NCBI GenBank assembly: GCA_963933835.1
Contig: CAWVVV010000002.1
Location: forward strand, 320,001-384,000
Direction: 5' to 3'
DNA length: 64,000 nt
Source: an uncultured Puniceicoccaceae bacterium
Lineage (GTDB): Bacteria > Verrucomicrobiota > Verrucomicrobiia > Opitutales > Oceanipulchritudinaceae
In this document: positions 12,576 through 21,204 of the stretch, in pieces
Position numbering within the stretch: position 1 is the first letter of the stretch
Layout: every line of letters begins with the position of its first letter
Translations under genes and position numbers: made by a program
The notes under the pieces: generated by a model
What the model saw: the letters and a program-made list of their open reading frames with translations, nothing else
The model's database searches: none
Told to the model about the DNA's origin: nothing

Positions 12576-12617
12576 ATGAAAGACTTCCACTACGTTTATC
12601 TTTTGAGCAGTATTTGA
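12576..12617 (+). pseudogene. N-terminal remnant of a small GIY-YIG nuclease-like gene
   Basis: [13 protein letters not shown] resembles the first (YVY-x-L-x-S) motif of YhbQ-like GIY-YIG proteins; preceded by palindromic sequence right after the tRNA. Confidence 0.55.
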
Positions 12618-12666
12618 AGAGCCATTCGGGTCGCGAATATGCGAAGCGGCATTATTGATCTCAGAT

Positions 12667-13428
12667 ATGCTATATTTCCTCCCAGTCGTTTTTATCGCTG
12701 TAGCCTGTCTCTATGCGATGGCTGGGTTCGGCGGCGGGTCGACGTACATCGCGTTGCTTGCGGTGAGTGGTTTGCCGCTCGCGGTGGTGCCGGTGATCGC
12801 GCTGGTTTGTAATTTGATCGTCAGTTCGCAGGGCAGTTATCTGCTTATTAAGCGCGGGCATGCGCAGTGGTCTTTGCTCGTTCCGCTTTTGGCTGGTTCG
12901 ATCCCGTGTGCTTTTCTTGGCGGGGCTTGGCGCCTCCCCGAAAGCGCTTTCCTCGTTTTTCTCGCCGTCGCGTTGACGCTGGCAGCCCTCGCGATGCTTG
13001 TGCAAGATAGGCAGGCGCGGAGCGACGAGACAGCGTCTTCGAAGGTGCCGAACGTCGGCGCTCTTCTTGGAGTGGGCGTGGCCCTTGGCTTGGTGGCAGG
13101 AATTACCGGCATCGGCGGCGGCATCTATTTGGCTCCAGTGATGCACCTTTTGCGCTGGGCCAATGCTCGAGTTATCGCGACCTGCACCTCGCTCTTTATC
13201 GCCCTGAACAGTCTAGCTGGGCTGAGCGGTCAATTAACCAAAGGGGTCGATGTGTTCGGCTCGATTCCGCTGTGGATTTTGGTCGCTTGTCCCTGTGCGG
13301 TTCTCCTCGGCGGCCGCTTGGGTAGCTACCTCTTGGCCGAGAAAATGCCGTTGGGCAAAGTGCGTATGGTAACGGCATGGGTGATCCTCTTCGTCGCCGT
13401 CCGTCTCTGGTTCAAGGTATTACTCTAA
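12667..13428 (+). CDS. Sulfite exporter TauE/SafE (TSUP) family membrane protein
   Basis: Two repeats AMAGFGGGS and GITGIGGGIYLAP; about 8 TM segments. Confidence 0.92.
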   Translation: MLYFLPVVFIAVACLYAMAGFGGGSTYIALLAVSGLPLAVVPVIALVCNLIVSSQGSYLLIKRGHAQWSLLVPLLAGSIPCAFLGGAWRLPESAFLVFLAVALTLAALAMLVQDRQARSDETASSKVPNVGALLGVGVALGLVAGITGIGGGIYLAPVMHLLRWANARVIATCTSLFIALNSLAGLSGQLTKGVDVFGSIPLWILVACPCAVLLGGRLGSYLLAEKMPLGKVRMVTAWVILFVAVRLWFKVLL

Positions 13429-14097
13429 GCGGGAACGGCGGCGCCTTCTCAGCGCTGCGGCAGCGGCTACGAGTCCAATCAGTAAACTGCCTGCACTGGG
13501 CTCTGGAATCGCGACGAGCGTTAAGGTGCTGGCGTTGAAGCTGAGATCTAGGTCGTATTCTTCGCCGAAGGCCACGTTGAGGTCCTTATTAGCGGGCGGC
13601 ATGGTCGAAATGTTGTTTGAGTTGTGGAGCGTGCCGGTGCCCGCGCTGCTGAGAGTGAGGTAGGCAGGGTGAAAGCGGCCGGTGTTAACCTCGCGACCGT
13701 CGAAGGTAAAGCTGACGAGCTCGGAAGCTTGAAGCCCGTCAATCAGATTCGCGCTCCCGCTGATTTCAAAATTGAGAGAGCTGCCTTGAGTGTAAAACTC
13801 ACTGCCACCAATCGTGCGTATGAGGTCGAAGGCGGAGAAGTTCGAAGGAGTGGGGTCGTCCAAGATACCGTAGATATTATAGTTCACTCCATTGAGCGTC
13901 GGGTCGCTGTAAACGCCTCCGGCAGTGAGCGGAGCATTGATGTCGATCGTGAAGTCGAAATTGCGCAACGCGTTGTAGTTTTCTGATACAGCGATGTCGT
14001 TGCTCCCCTCGCGGCTGTCGTAGCTGAGAGTAAAAACGAAGGCGTTCGCAGCAGTGGCGAGGGCGAAGGAGACAGTGGTGACGACAGAGAACTTCAT
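13420..14097 (-). CDS. PEP-CTERM sorting-domain exported protein
   Basis: Signal peptide MKFSVVTTVSFALATAANA; C-terminal IPEPS-hydrophobic-RRRRR. Confidence 0.92.
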   Translation of the reverse strand: MKFSVVTTVSFALATAANAFVFTLSYDSREGSNDIAVSENYNALRNFDFTIDINAPLTAGGVYSDPTLNGVNYNIYGILDDPTPSNFSAFDLIRTIGGSEFYTQGSSLNFEISGSANLIDGLQASELVSFTFDGREVNTGRFHPAYLTLSSAGTGTLHNSNNISTMPPANKDLNVAFGEEYDLDLSFNASTLTLVAIPEPSAGSLLIGLVAAAAALRRRRRSRLE

Positions 14098-14235
14098 CAA
14101 ATGAAGAAAACACCTTAGGCCGAACTCGGCAATCTTTAAGGTTGAGGCCTGCGCGTCAGGCTTTCGGAGGGTTCTTATGGGAGGGTGGATAAATTGGCAA
14201 TCGACTCAGAGCCTACTTTGAGGAGTGCTTGAGGG

Positions 14236-14511
14236 ATGGGGATTACGCTTACTTTTTTGAAGTAATTAGGTGTCGGGTTTGCTTACATTAGCCCGGTGGT
14301 GTTTTTTCTCGGAGTAATCGTGGCATTGCTCGGGATTTGGATTGGGCGGATCGAAGGTTGGAAGCGGTGGGATGCTGTCTGCTTTGCTTTCATTACGGCG
14401 ACGACAGTTGGGTATGGTGATATGCGGCCGACGAAGCCGCTTGCCCGCTTGCTCGCGATCCTTGCGGCATTTGTCGGATTAATAATGACGGGCATCATTG
14501 TGGCGGCCTAA
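14236..14511 (+). pseudogene. Two-TM potassium channel (KcsA-like/Ion_trans_2) with an in-frame stop
   Basis: TATTVGYGDMRP selectivity filter; ATG 14236 is in frame but has TAA at 14263-14265; ends abruptly at GIIVAA*. Confidence 0.75.
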
Positions 14512-14830
14512 GGGGTGATCTCTTTTCCGCGAAGGAAGGCAGAGTCGTCGCTTACTTCACTCCAGAGGACTGGGATGGTGAGGCTTGCACCGGTGCCATT
14601 GATTTCGGTTTTGAAGTCGCCCCAATTCTCGAGGTCCCCTGAAGACTCGAGTTGGTAACTACTTCCAAGAACGGTATCGAAACTGATATCGAAGTCTGGG
14701 CGTAGGTGATCGGGATGTAAGTGACGCTCGGATCTGGAACAACAACGAGATCGAAGGGCGAGCTGAGTTCTGCACCGGGAAACATGCAGAGGTTGTCCCA
14801 AGGAAAGGGCCTCTGTCACTCGGTGGGACA
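14508..14830 (-). pseudogene. C-terminal remnant of a secreted protein (Verrucomicrobia-type Y-x-LE-x-S-x-DL-x-x-W...FLR terminal domain)
   Basis: ISFDTVLGSSYQLESSGDLENW...DSAFLR; frameshift near 14697-14700 joins ORFs 14552..14785 and 14508..14819; no credible start. Confidence 0.55.
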
Positions 14831-14973
14831 GGGTGTTGTCTCTAATAAAACACTTAGAATGGACCGTTATTAACTGAATGGAGGCGCTTTGGGATGGGCG
14901 CCCGGTTATTAAGAGTTTTCTGACGACTCTGAAACCTTGCGGTTGGAGCGAAGATCACCTCTTCTGTGGAGTC

Positions 14974-15654
14974 ATGCGAGCTGACGAGTTGTTTACTTAT
15001 CCCGAAGGAATGCCGTTCTCAGAGTTTTTTTTGCCGGATGCGGCACCATGGGATTGGGTTGGTTGTATTAAAAAGGCCTTGGCTGGTCTAAATGTGGAGG
15101 TTGGCTCCGGCCCCGAAATTCCGCCTGGGGTGCATATCGAGGGTGCAGTGCACCTCGATCCGACGGTGAAACTGCCAGCGTATGCGACCCTCATCGGTCC
15201 GGCATGGATAGGACCTGAGGTAGAGATCCGTCCTGGGGCTTTTGTGCGTGGACATGTCATCGTCGGGCGTGGCTCGGTCCTCGGAAACGCGTGCGAATAC
15301 AAGAACTGCCTCCTCCTCGAAGACGTCGAGACCCCTCACTACAATTACGTCGGCGACTCAGTGCTCGGCAACCGCGCCCACCTGGGTGCTGGGGCCATCT
15401 GCGCAAATCTGAAACTGGCTCGGGATGAAGTCAGCGTGGAGCTCCCAAGTGGAAAACGGCAGCAAACGGGGATGCGAAAGCTCGGCGGACTACTCGGCGA
15501 TGGTGCGGAGGCGAGTTGTAATTGCGTCTTACAACCGGGCACGGTTTTGGGCCGAGGGTCGGCTGTGCTCGCCCCCTCCTTCTCAGGCTATTTGGCCGAG
15601 CAGAAGATCATCCATGCCCGCTTCGAGACTCTTGTGACCTCTCGGCCTACTTGA
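14974..15654 (+). CDS. Left-handed beta-helix acyltransferase, stand-alone GlmU C-terminal-like protein
   Basis: Hexapeptide repeats; IRPGAFVRG, PHYNYVGDSVLGN.AHLGAG, RKLG.LLGD. Confidence 0.8.
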   Translation: MRADELFTYPEGMPFSEFFLPDAAPWDWVGCIKKALAGLNVEVGSGPEIPPGVHIEGAVHLDPTVKLPAYATLIGPAWIGPEVEIRPGAFVRGHVIVGRGSVLGNACEYKNCLLLEDVETPHYNYVGDSVLGNRAHLGAGAICANLKLARDEVSVELPSGKRQQTGMRKLGGLLGDGAEASCNCVLQPGTVLGRGSAVLAPSFSGYLAEQKIIHARFETLVTSRPT

Positions 15655-15716
15655 GTGGCGAGTGAAATGCGGACGATGCGGTTGCAAATACAGAGAATGG
15701 GAGGTTAAGTTGGATG

Positions 15717-16624
15717 ATGGTTTCTATCTCTCCTTTAGAGCTCAAAAAAAGGCTCGATTCGAATCACCCGCCCCACCTCCTGAATATTGAAGCTGAGCTT
15801 TCTTTCGAAGCAGGGCACATTGCGGGATCACTGCGCTCAGCGCTTTACGAAATGGGGTTTGCTGAACGGGTTGAAGCGTTGATCCCCGGCAAATCTACAG
15901 AGGTCGTAATTTATGGGACAGATGCGGATACCCATGGAAATACTTTCGCTGCTGAGAAGCTCAGCCGAGCAGGATTTACGTCGGTTTTGACCTTAGAGGG
16001 CGGTCTAGAAGCTTGGTCGAAGAGTGGCTATGCGATCGAAGGCGAACTTACGCCACTGCCAGTGGCTTTGGCCGAGAGTGGGGTATATGAAATCGATTTG
16101 GAACAGAGTCACCTGCGCTGGGTTGGACGGAATCTAGCAAATTTTCACGAGGGGAAACTCGGGATCAAGGCAGGGTCAGTCAGTCTGAAAGATGGAGGAC
16201 TAGAGAACGGGCAACTAGTCATTGATATGAAAGCGATTGAGTGTAGTGATATTGCGGATACGAAATTCAATCGCATTCTGATCACTCACCTAGAGGACCA
16301 CGACTTTTTCGATGCAGGCCGCTTTCCCGAGGCTGAAGTGCGTTTGGGACAAGTGAAGTCCCTGCAGGATGTGGCACCGGGGCAGCCCAACTACATTGGC
16401 GAGGCCATCCTTACGCTGCGCGGAGTTGAGCATGAAGTGGCCTTCGCGTTGGCGGGTGGTCAATCGGACGACCAATTTAGCCTGCAGGGTGCACTGAGAT
16501 TCGACCGCACAGACTGGGGGGGTGCTCTACGGATCGGCTCATTATTTTAGCCGCCTTGGGATGCAATTTGGTCAATGATTTGATCGATCTTGATCTGCGA
16601 TTGAACTTTAAGCGCCGAACATAG
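15717..16624 (+). CDS. Rhodanese-like plus YceI-like two-domain protein (C-terminus disrupted by two apparent +1 indels)
   Basis: FEAGHIAGS, LEGGLEAW (rhodanese); HLEDHDFFDA.RFPEA, LTLRGVEHEV, DRTDWG (YceI); WGVLYGS and LVNDLIDL appear in shifted frames. Confidence 0.8.
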
Positions 16625-16690
16625 CCTCATCGGGCCATTGGATGGCGTTCCAATCTTGCTTCAAGGCTGTTTTACGGTGATGACGGTCGG

Positions 16691-17845
16691 GTGACATTTC
16701 GAACTGGGAACATTCTATCCATCGCCACCGTTGCTTTGCTTGCGCTGTTGCCACTGCTCCTAGGAGCTCAACGAGCACGAGACTTGAGCATCCCATTTCG
16801 AGGTGAGCCGGGCCCGCTCAATGCCATAACCGATGTCGCAGGTGTTGCTGTCGGACATGCGACTTTGATTGAGGGCGAAGGGGGTTTGGTCGTTGGCGAA
16901 GGCCCCGTGCGCACGGGTGTCACCGCGATCCTGCCGCAAGGGCTGACCTATGGTCCCTTTTTCGCCGCTTGGGCATCGCTCAACGGCAATGGTGAGCTCA
17001 CCGGCACACACTGGATTGAGGAGTCGGGGTTTCTTGAAGAACCAATTTTGCTCACAAATACGCACAGCGTGGGGGCGGTGGCGGATGCCTCCATCGCATG
17101 GCGACGGGCGAACAATTACCATGGCGAAGCGCCCGGTACTCATGGCTGGGCATCATTGCCTGTGGTGGGAGAAACCTGGGATGGTCGCCTCAACGATATC
17201 CACGGGCGCCATGTGGGCGATAAGGCTGTTTTCTCTGCCCTCGATTCGGCGACAGGCGGACCTGTGCCAGAGGGCAATGTAGGCGGCGGCACCGGGATGG
17301 TTTGTCACCGATTCAAAGGCGGTATCGGCACTTCATCTCGAGTAGTGGAAGGTGGATACACGGTGGGTGTTCTTGTTCAGACCAATTATGGTCAACGTGA
17401 AGATCTTACCATAGCGGGCCAATCGGTAGGCCTGAAGATCACCGATCTCATGCCTGTGATGTCGGGATTGGAGCCAGCGCAAGAGGGAAATTCAATTATC
17501 GTAATCATCGCGACGGACGCACCGCTACTTTCTCGCCAGCTCAAGCGTTTGGCAAGTCGGGCAACAGTCGGGCTCGCCCATGTAGGCGGCTATGGAGCGA
17601 ATTCGTCCGGCGATCTCTATCTCGCTTTTTCAACAGAGCGCCCGCAGGAGCAGACGGATGGAACCTACACAACACAGTTTCTCCCTAATGATGCCCTTAC
17701 CGGGATTTTCAAAGCCGTTGCACACGCCACCGAAGAAGCGATCGTTAATGCATTGGTCGCGGCGGAGACGATGACCGGCATCAATGGAAATACGGTCTAT
17801 GCCCTGCCGCATGATCGTATCCGTGCTCTCTTTGAGACGGAATAG
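16691..17845 (+). CDS. P1/S58 family aminopeptidase (DmpA/BapA-like) with signal peptide
   Basis: NAITDVAGVAVGH, NGNGELTG, EGNVGGGTGM, GN/SIIVIIATDAPL, SSGD. Confidence 0.93.
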   Translation: MTFRTGNILSIATVALLALLPLLLGAQRARDLSIPFRGEPGPLNAITDVAGVAVGHATLIEGEGGLVVGEGPVRTGVTAILPQGLTYGPFFAAWASLNGNGELTGTHWIEESGFLEEPILLTNTHSVGAVADASIAWRRANNYHGEAPGTHGWASLPVVGETWDGRLNDIHGRHVGDKAVFSALDSATGGPVPEGNVGGGTGMVCHRFKGGIGTSSRVVEGGYTVGVLVQTNYGQREDLTIAGQSVGLKITDLMPVMSGLEPAQEGNSIIVIIATDAPLLSRQLKRLASRATVGLAHVGGYGANSSGDLYLAFSTERPQEQTDGTYTTQFLPNDALTGIFKAVAHATEEAIVNALVAAETMTGINGNTVYALPHDRIRALFETE

Positions 17846-17856
17846 AGAGCGCCGAT

Positions 17857-19251
17857 ATGACTGACAAAGCAAAGCCTTCCCTTTCCCTCTCCCTTGTCCC
17901 GTTGTTCTTTTTGCTCATTTCGATGAGCTGGTTCTTGCTCGTTGCTGAGCAGGAGGCACATATCGCGCTCATCCTGACAACGGTTGTGGCGGTCGTGGTT
18001 GGTTTGTCTGCCGGGAATAGCTGGGAGGAGCTAGAGTCCGGCTTGATCAAGGGGCTGCAGCTTGGACTGTCGGCGATCATTATCCTGATGGTGATCGGAC
18101 TGCTTATCGCGGTATGGATAGCGGCAGGAATCGTCCCACTTTTCATTACGCTGGGCCTCGATTTGCTTAGCGCGGCGATCTTTCTTCCAGCCGTTGCGTT
18201 GATATGTGGCTTGGTCTCGCTTGCAACGGGTAGTTCTTGGACGACCGCAGGGACAGTGGGTGTCGCATTTATCGGAGTTGGCGCAGGACTTGGTGTTCCG
18301 CTTCCCATGGTGGCCGGGGCGATCGTCTCAGGGGCTTATTTCGGAGATAAGATTTCTCCGCTTTCGGATTCGACGAATTTAGCGGCTGCTGTGACGGGGG
18401 TGGATCTGTTCACACATATTCGCCACATGACGTACACCACTTTTCCGGCCTTTGGCTTGGCCTTGGTCGGATTCTTTTTTCTAGGTCTCTCAGCGAGTGG
18501 CGGCGAGGCGGCACTGGTTTCAGTCGAACAGATTCAAACAGCCATCACTGGAGCCTACGACCTAAGCCTCATTCTCCTTTTGGCGCCAGCGTCGGTCATT
18601 GTTATGAGCCTCAAGAAAATTCCTGCGCTCCCGGCACTCGTCATCGCGACCCTCATTGGGGGTGTGCTTGCGATTTGGATACAAGGCGTCGACCCCGCTG
18701 CTTTGATCGGTATCGCTTATGGTGGCTACGAGGGATCGACGGGTGTGGCGGAGGTTGATCGCCTGCTGTCACGCGGTGGATTAGAGCCGATGATGTACAC
18801 GATCTCATTGATTCTCTGCGCTCTGATGTTTGGAGGCGTTATGGAAGCGACGGGCTTCATCAACCGCATCGCTGAAGCGATCCTGAGCAGAGTGCAGCGC
18901 CGTGGGGGCCTTGTTACTGCAACGATCGCTTCTTGTATTGGAATGAATCTGGCGGCCTCCGATCAATATCTCGCGATCATCGTTCCGGGACGGATGTTTG
19001 CGAAGGACTACCGCCGATTCAAACTAGCACCGAAGAATCTCTCTCGGACGATCGAAGATGGCGGGACGATGACCTCAGCACTGATCCCTTGGAATACCTG
19101 TGGCGCCACGATGATGGCTTCACTCGCCGTCCATCCCTTCGCGTTTTTGCCCTACGCTTTCTTCAATCTTCTGACGCCGCTCATCGCTATCCTCTGGGCC
19201 TACCTCGGAATTGGTCAGGCGGAGTTAGAGGAGGAGAAGAGTGAAGAATGA
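17857..19251 (+). CDS. nhaC: NhaC family antiporter/permease
   Basis: TGSSWTTAGTVG, SGAYFGDKISPLSD, LSRTIEDGGT..LIPWN. Confidence 0.93.
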   Translation: MTDKAKPSLSLSLVPLFFLLISMSWFLLVAEQEAHIALILTTVVAVVVGLSAGNSWEELESGLIKGLQLGLSAIIILMVIGLLIAVWIAAGIVPLFITLGLDLLSAAIFLPAVALICGLVSLATGSSWTTAGTVGVAFIGVGAGLGVPLPMVAGAIVSGAYFGDKISPLSDSTNLAAAVTGVDLFTHIRHMTYTTFPAFGLALVGFFFLGLSASGGEAALVSVEQIQTAITGAYDLSLILLLAPASVIVMSLKKIPALPALVIATLIGGVLAIWIQGVDPAALIGIAYGGYEGSTGVAEVDRLLSRGGLEPMMYTISLILCALMFGGVMEATGFINRIAEAILSRVQRRGGLVTATIASCIGMNLAASDQYLAIIVPGRMFAKDYRRFKLAPKNLSRTIEDGGTMTSALIPWNTCGATMMASLAVHPFAFLPYAFFNLLTPLIAILWAYLGIGQAELEEEKSEE

Positions 19252-19270
19252 TGAATTTTGAGTGATGAAT
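19247..19270 (+). repeat. AATGATG heptamer-based intergenic repeat, copy 1
   Basis: AATGATGAATTTTGAGTGATGAAT, near-identical to 24625-24646. Confidence 0.65.
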
Positions 19271-19310
19271 GCTGAGGCACTGCGTCTCCTCTTTTAAAAT
19301 GCTTTTCCGT

Positions 19311-20090
19311 TTACGCAGGATTTAGCAGCTCGACCACTTTTCCGTGGTGGCGAGGGTGAGCACAGACGAGGTTGAACTTACCTTCACCAGTGCCAACGGG
19401 ATCGTTGCCTTGCCAGTTTGTGATCGTGGCACCTGCTCCGCGCATGACGGGAACGAGGGCAGCCATATCCCAAAGGCTCATGATCGGGTCGCACATGATG
19501 TCTGCGCCGCCGGAAGCGAGGAGTGTGTAACCGAAGCAGTCACCCCAGCTGCGGTATTGATCCGTCGCAGCGAGGAGGGCATTCCAGCCATCGTGGCTGT
19601 GATGTAAGTATGGGCGTTTCGGATCGGTCGTGAGGAGGAAGCAGCTTTCGAGCTTCTCCGTTTCACGCATCTTCACTTCACGTCCGTTGCACCAAGCGGT
19701 TTCGTTGTTCCCGATGTAAAGCTGGTCGATGGCGCAGATATTGATCACGCCCCAGATCGGCTGCTTGTTTTTGCGCAGCGCAATAAGCGTTCCAAATTGC
19801 GGTGACCCAGCGGCATACGAGCGCGTGCCATCGATCGGGTCGAGTACCCAAGTGTATTCTGCGTCCGAGTTGAGGTCAGCAAACTCTTCGCCGACGATCC
19901 CGTGGTCAGGAAATTCTTTGCTGATGAGCTCGCGGAGAACTTCTTCAGCTTTCTTATCGGCGTATGTCACTGGGGTGGCGTCGCTCTTCCACTCAACTTC
20001 GAGAGCAGGGTTAGCGAAGAGAGGCTTGATCACCTTTTCGCTTTCGGCGGCGAGGTGTTCGAGGAAGGGCTTAATCAGGGATGCTTCCAT
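19311..20090 (-). CDS. Inositol monophosphatase family, histidinol-phosphatase HisN-like
   Basis: K.DATPVT.AD, GEE, WVLDPIDGTRS, FGTLIAL, WGDCFGY, WDMAA. Confidence 0.85.
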   Translation of the reverse strand: MEASLIKPFLEHLAAESEKVIKPLFANPALEVEWKSDATPVTYADKKAEEVLRELISKEFPDHGIVGEEFADLNSDAEYTWVLDPIDGTRSYAAGSPQFGTLIALRKNKQPIWGVINICAIDQLYIGNNETAWCNGREVKMRETEKLESCFLLTTDPKRPYLHHSHDGWNALLAATDQYRSWGDCFGYTLLASGGADIMCDPIMSLWDMAALVPVMRGAGATITNWQGNDPVGTGEGKFNLVCAHPRHHGKVVELLNPA

Positions 20091-20178
20091 ATAGGGGCGA
20101 AGAAGAGCGTAGTTGGCGGTAGGTGAAAAGGCATTTTTCGCTTTTCGTGAGGGGAGGGCACGGCAGTCTCGCTAGATA

Positions 20179-20805
20179 GTGATCCCTCAGCTCCACATTA
20201 TCGATTTCGAAGGCCACCCGCGTTACGGTGTCGTTGAGTATGGTGTGGTGACGGTGAATGAGCAGGGAATTGTCAGCTGCGCCACCGGTCTTTGTGCGCC
20301 GACCGGCGAGATTCCCCCCGCTGATACCCGTGTGCATGGGATCGATGCGGTGAGCTCGGCAGGGCGTGCCCCCTTTTCGGAGCTTTACGCAGAATTCGTC
20401 GAATGGAGACGGAGCGGACTCTTCGTCGCGCACAATGCGCATGTAGAGCACGGCTTACTCAAGTCAACCTGGTCCTTTCCGCCTTACGTGCCGGCATGGG
20501 GCGGAGCGGCTGGTGCTGAAACCGCTGACTGGGGGCCGTGGCTCGATACCCTAGTGCTTGCTCGCGAATTGAGGAACACTGCCGAGGATTCGTGCTCGCT
20601 GGAGGCACTGAGCTATGGCGGCGAACTGCGCGGGGCCGTCGAGGCGCTCGCTCAAGAGCACTGCCCACCGGATCGCCGCCGGCCGCATTGCGCCCTCTAT
20701 GATGCGCTCGCCACGTGCGTCTGGCTGCGCGAGCGAGTGGGCTATGCCGAGGCTTTGACCTGGTTTCAGCGCCAACAAGCCACGGCCCAAGGGGAGCTCT
20801 TCTAG
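20179..20805 (+). CDS. DEDDh 3'-5' exonuclease (DnaQ-like)
   Basis: IIDFEG, VHGI, VAHNA, WLDTL, HCALYDA; C-terminal QGELF. Confidence 0.85.
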   Translation: MIPQLHIIDFEGHPRYGVVEYGVVTVNEQGIVSCATGLCAPTGEIPPADTRVHGIDAVSSAGRAPFSELYAEFVEWRRSGLFVAHNAHVEHGLLKSTWSFPPYVPAWGGAAGAETADWGPWLDTLVLARELRNTAEDSCSLEALSYGGELRGAVEALAQEHCPPDRRRPHCALYDALATCVWLRERVGYAEALTWFQRQQATAQGELF

Positions 20806-20812
20806 AGCTCTT

Positions 20813-21106
20813 CTAAGCCTCAGGCGCTTCCGGAAGAAAGCGGTGGAGGAAGAACGTTGCCGCAGGGATGAGCGAGGCGATCGCTGCGATGACGATGGCT
20901 TTGAAGGGCCATTTAAGTGCTATCCAACAGCGTGCCAGCCAGATGAAATAGAGAATGAAAAGAACACCGTGTGCCCAGCCCACATAGGTAACGACTAAGT
21001 CTAGCCCGAGGCCATACTTGAGCGGCATCGCCACGAGGAGAAGGACGAGATAAGACACGCCCTCGATAACTGCGATTTGGAAGAACTGGCGATAGAGCTG
21101 GCTCAT
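20813..21106 (-). CDS. DUF3817 small membrane protein
   Basis: IEGVSYLVLLLVAMPLKY, G.AHGVLFILY, ASLIP. Confidence 0.88.
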   Translation of the reverse strand: MSQLYRQFFQIAVIEGVSYLVLLLVAMPLKYGLGLDLVVTYVGWAHGVLFILYFIWLARCWIALKWPFKAIVIAAIASLIPAATFFLHRFLPEAPEA

Positions 21107-21204
21107 AGGCGCCCATCAGCAGAGACACGGACACCTCGTCGCAATTCAATTTTTTGGCCGCTTGCGCTCAGCGCCGCCTCTACTCAATTTGGAGGGAAAT
21201 GGGA

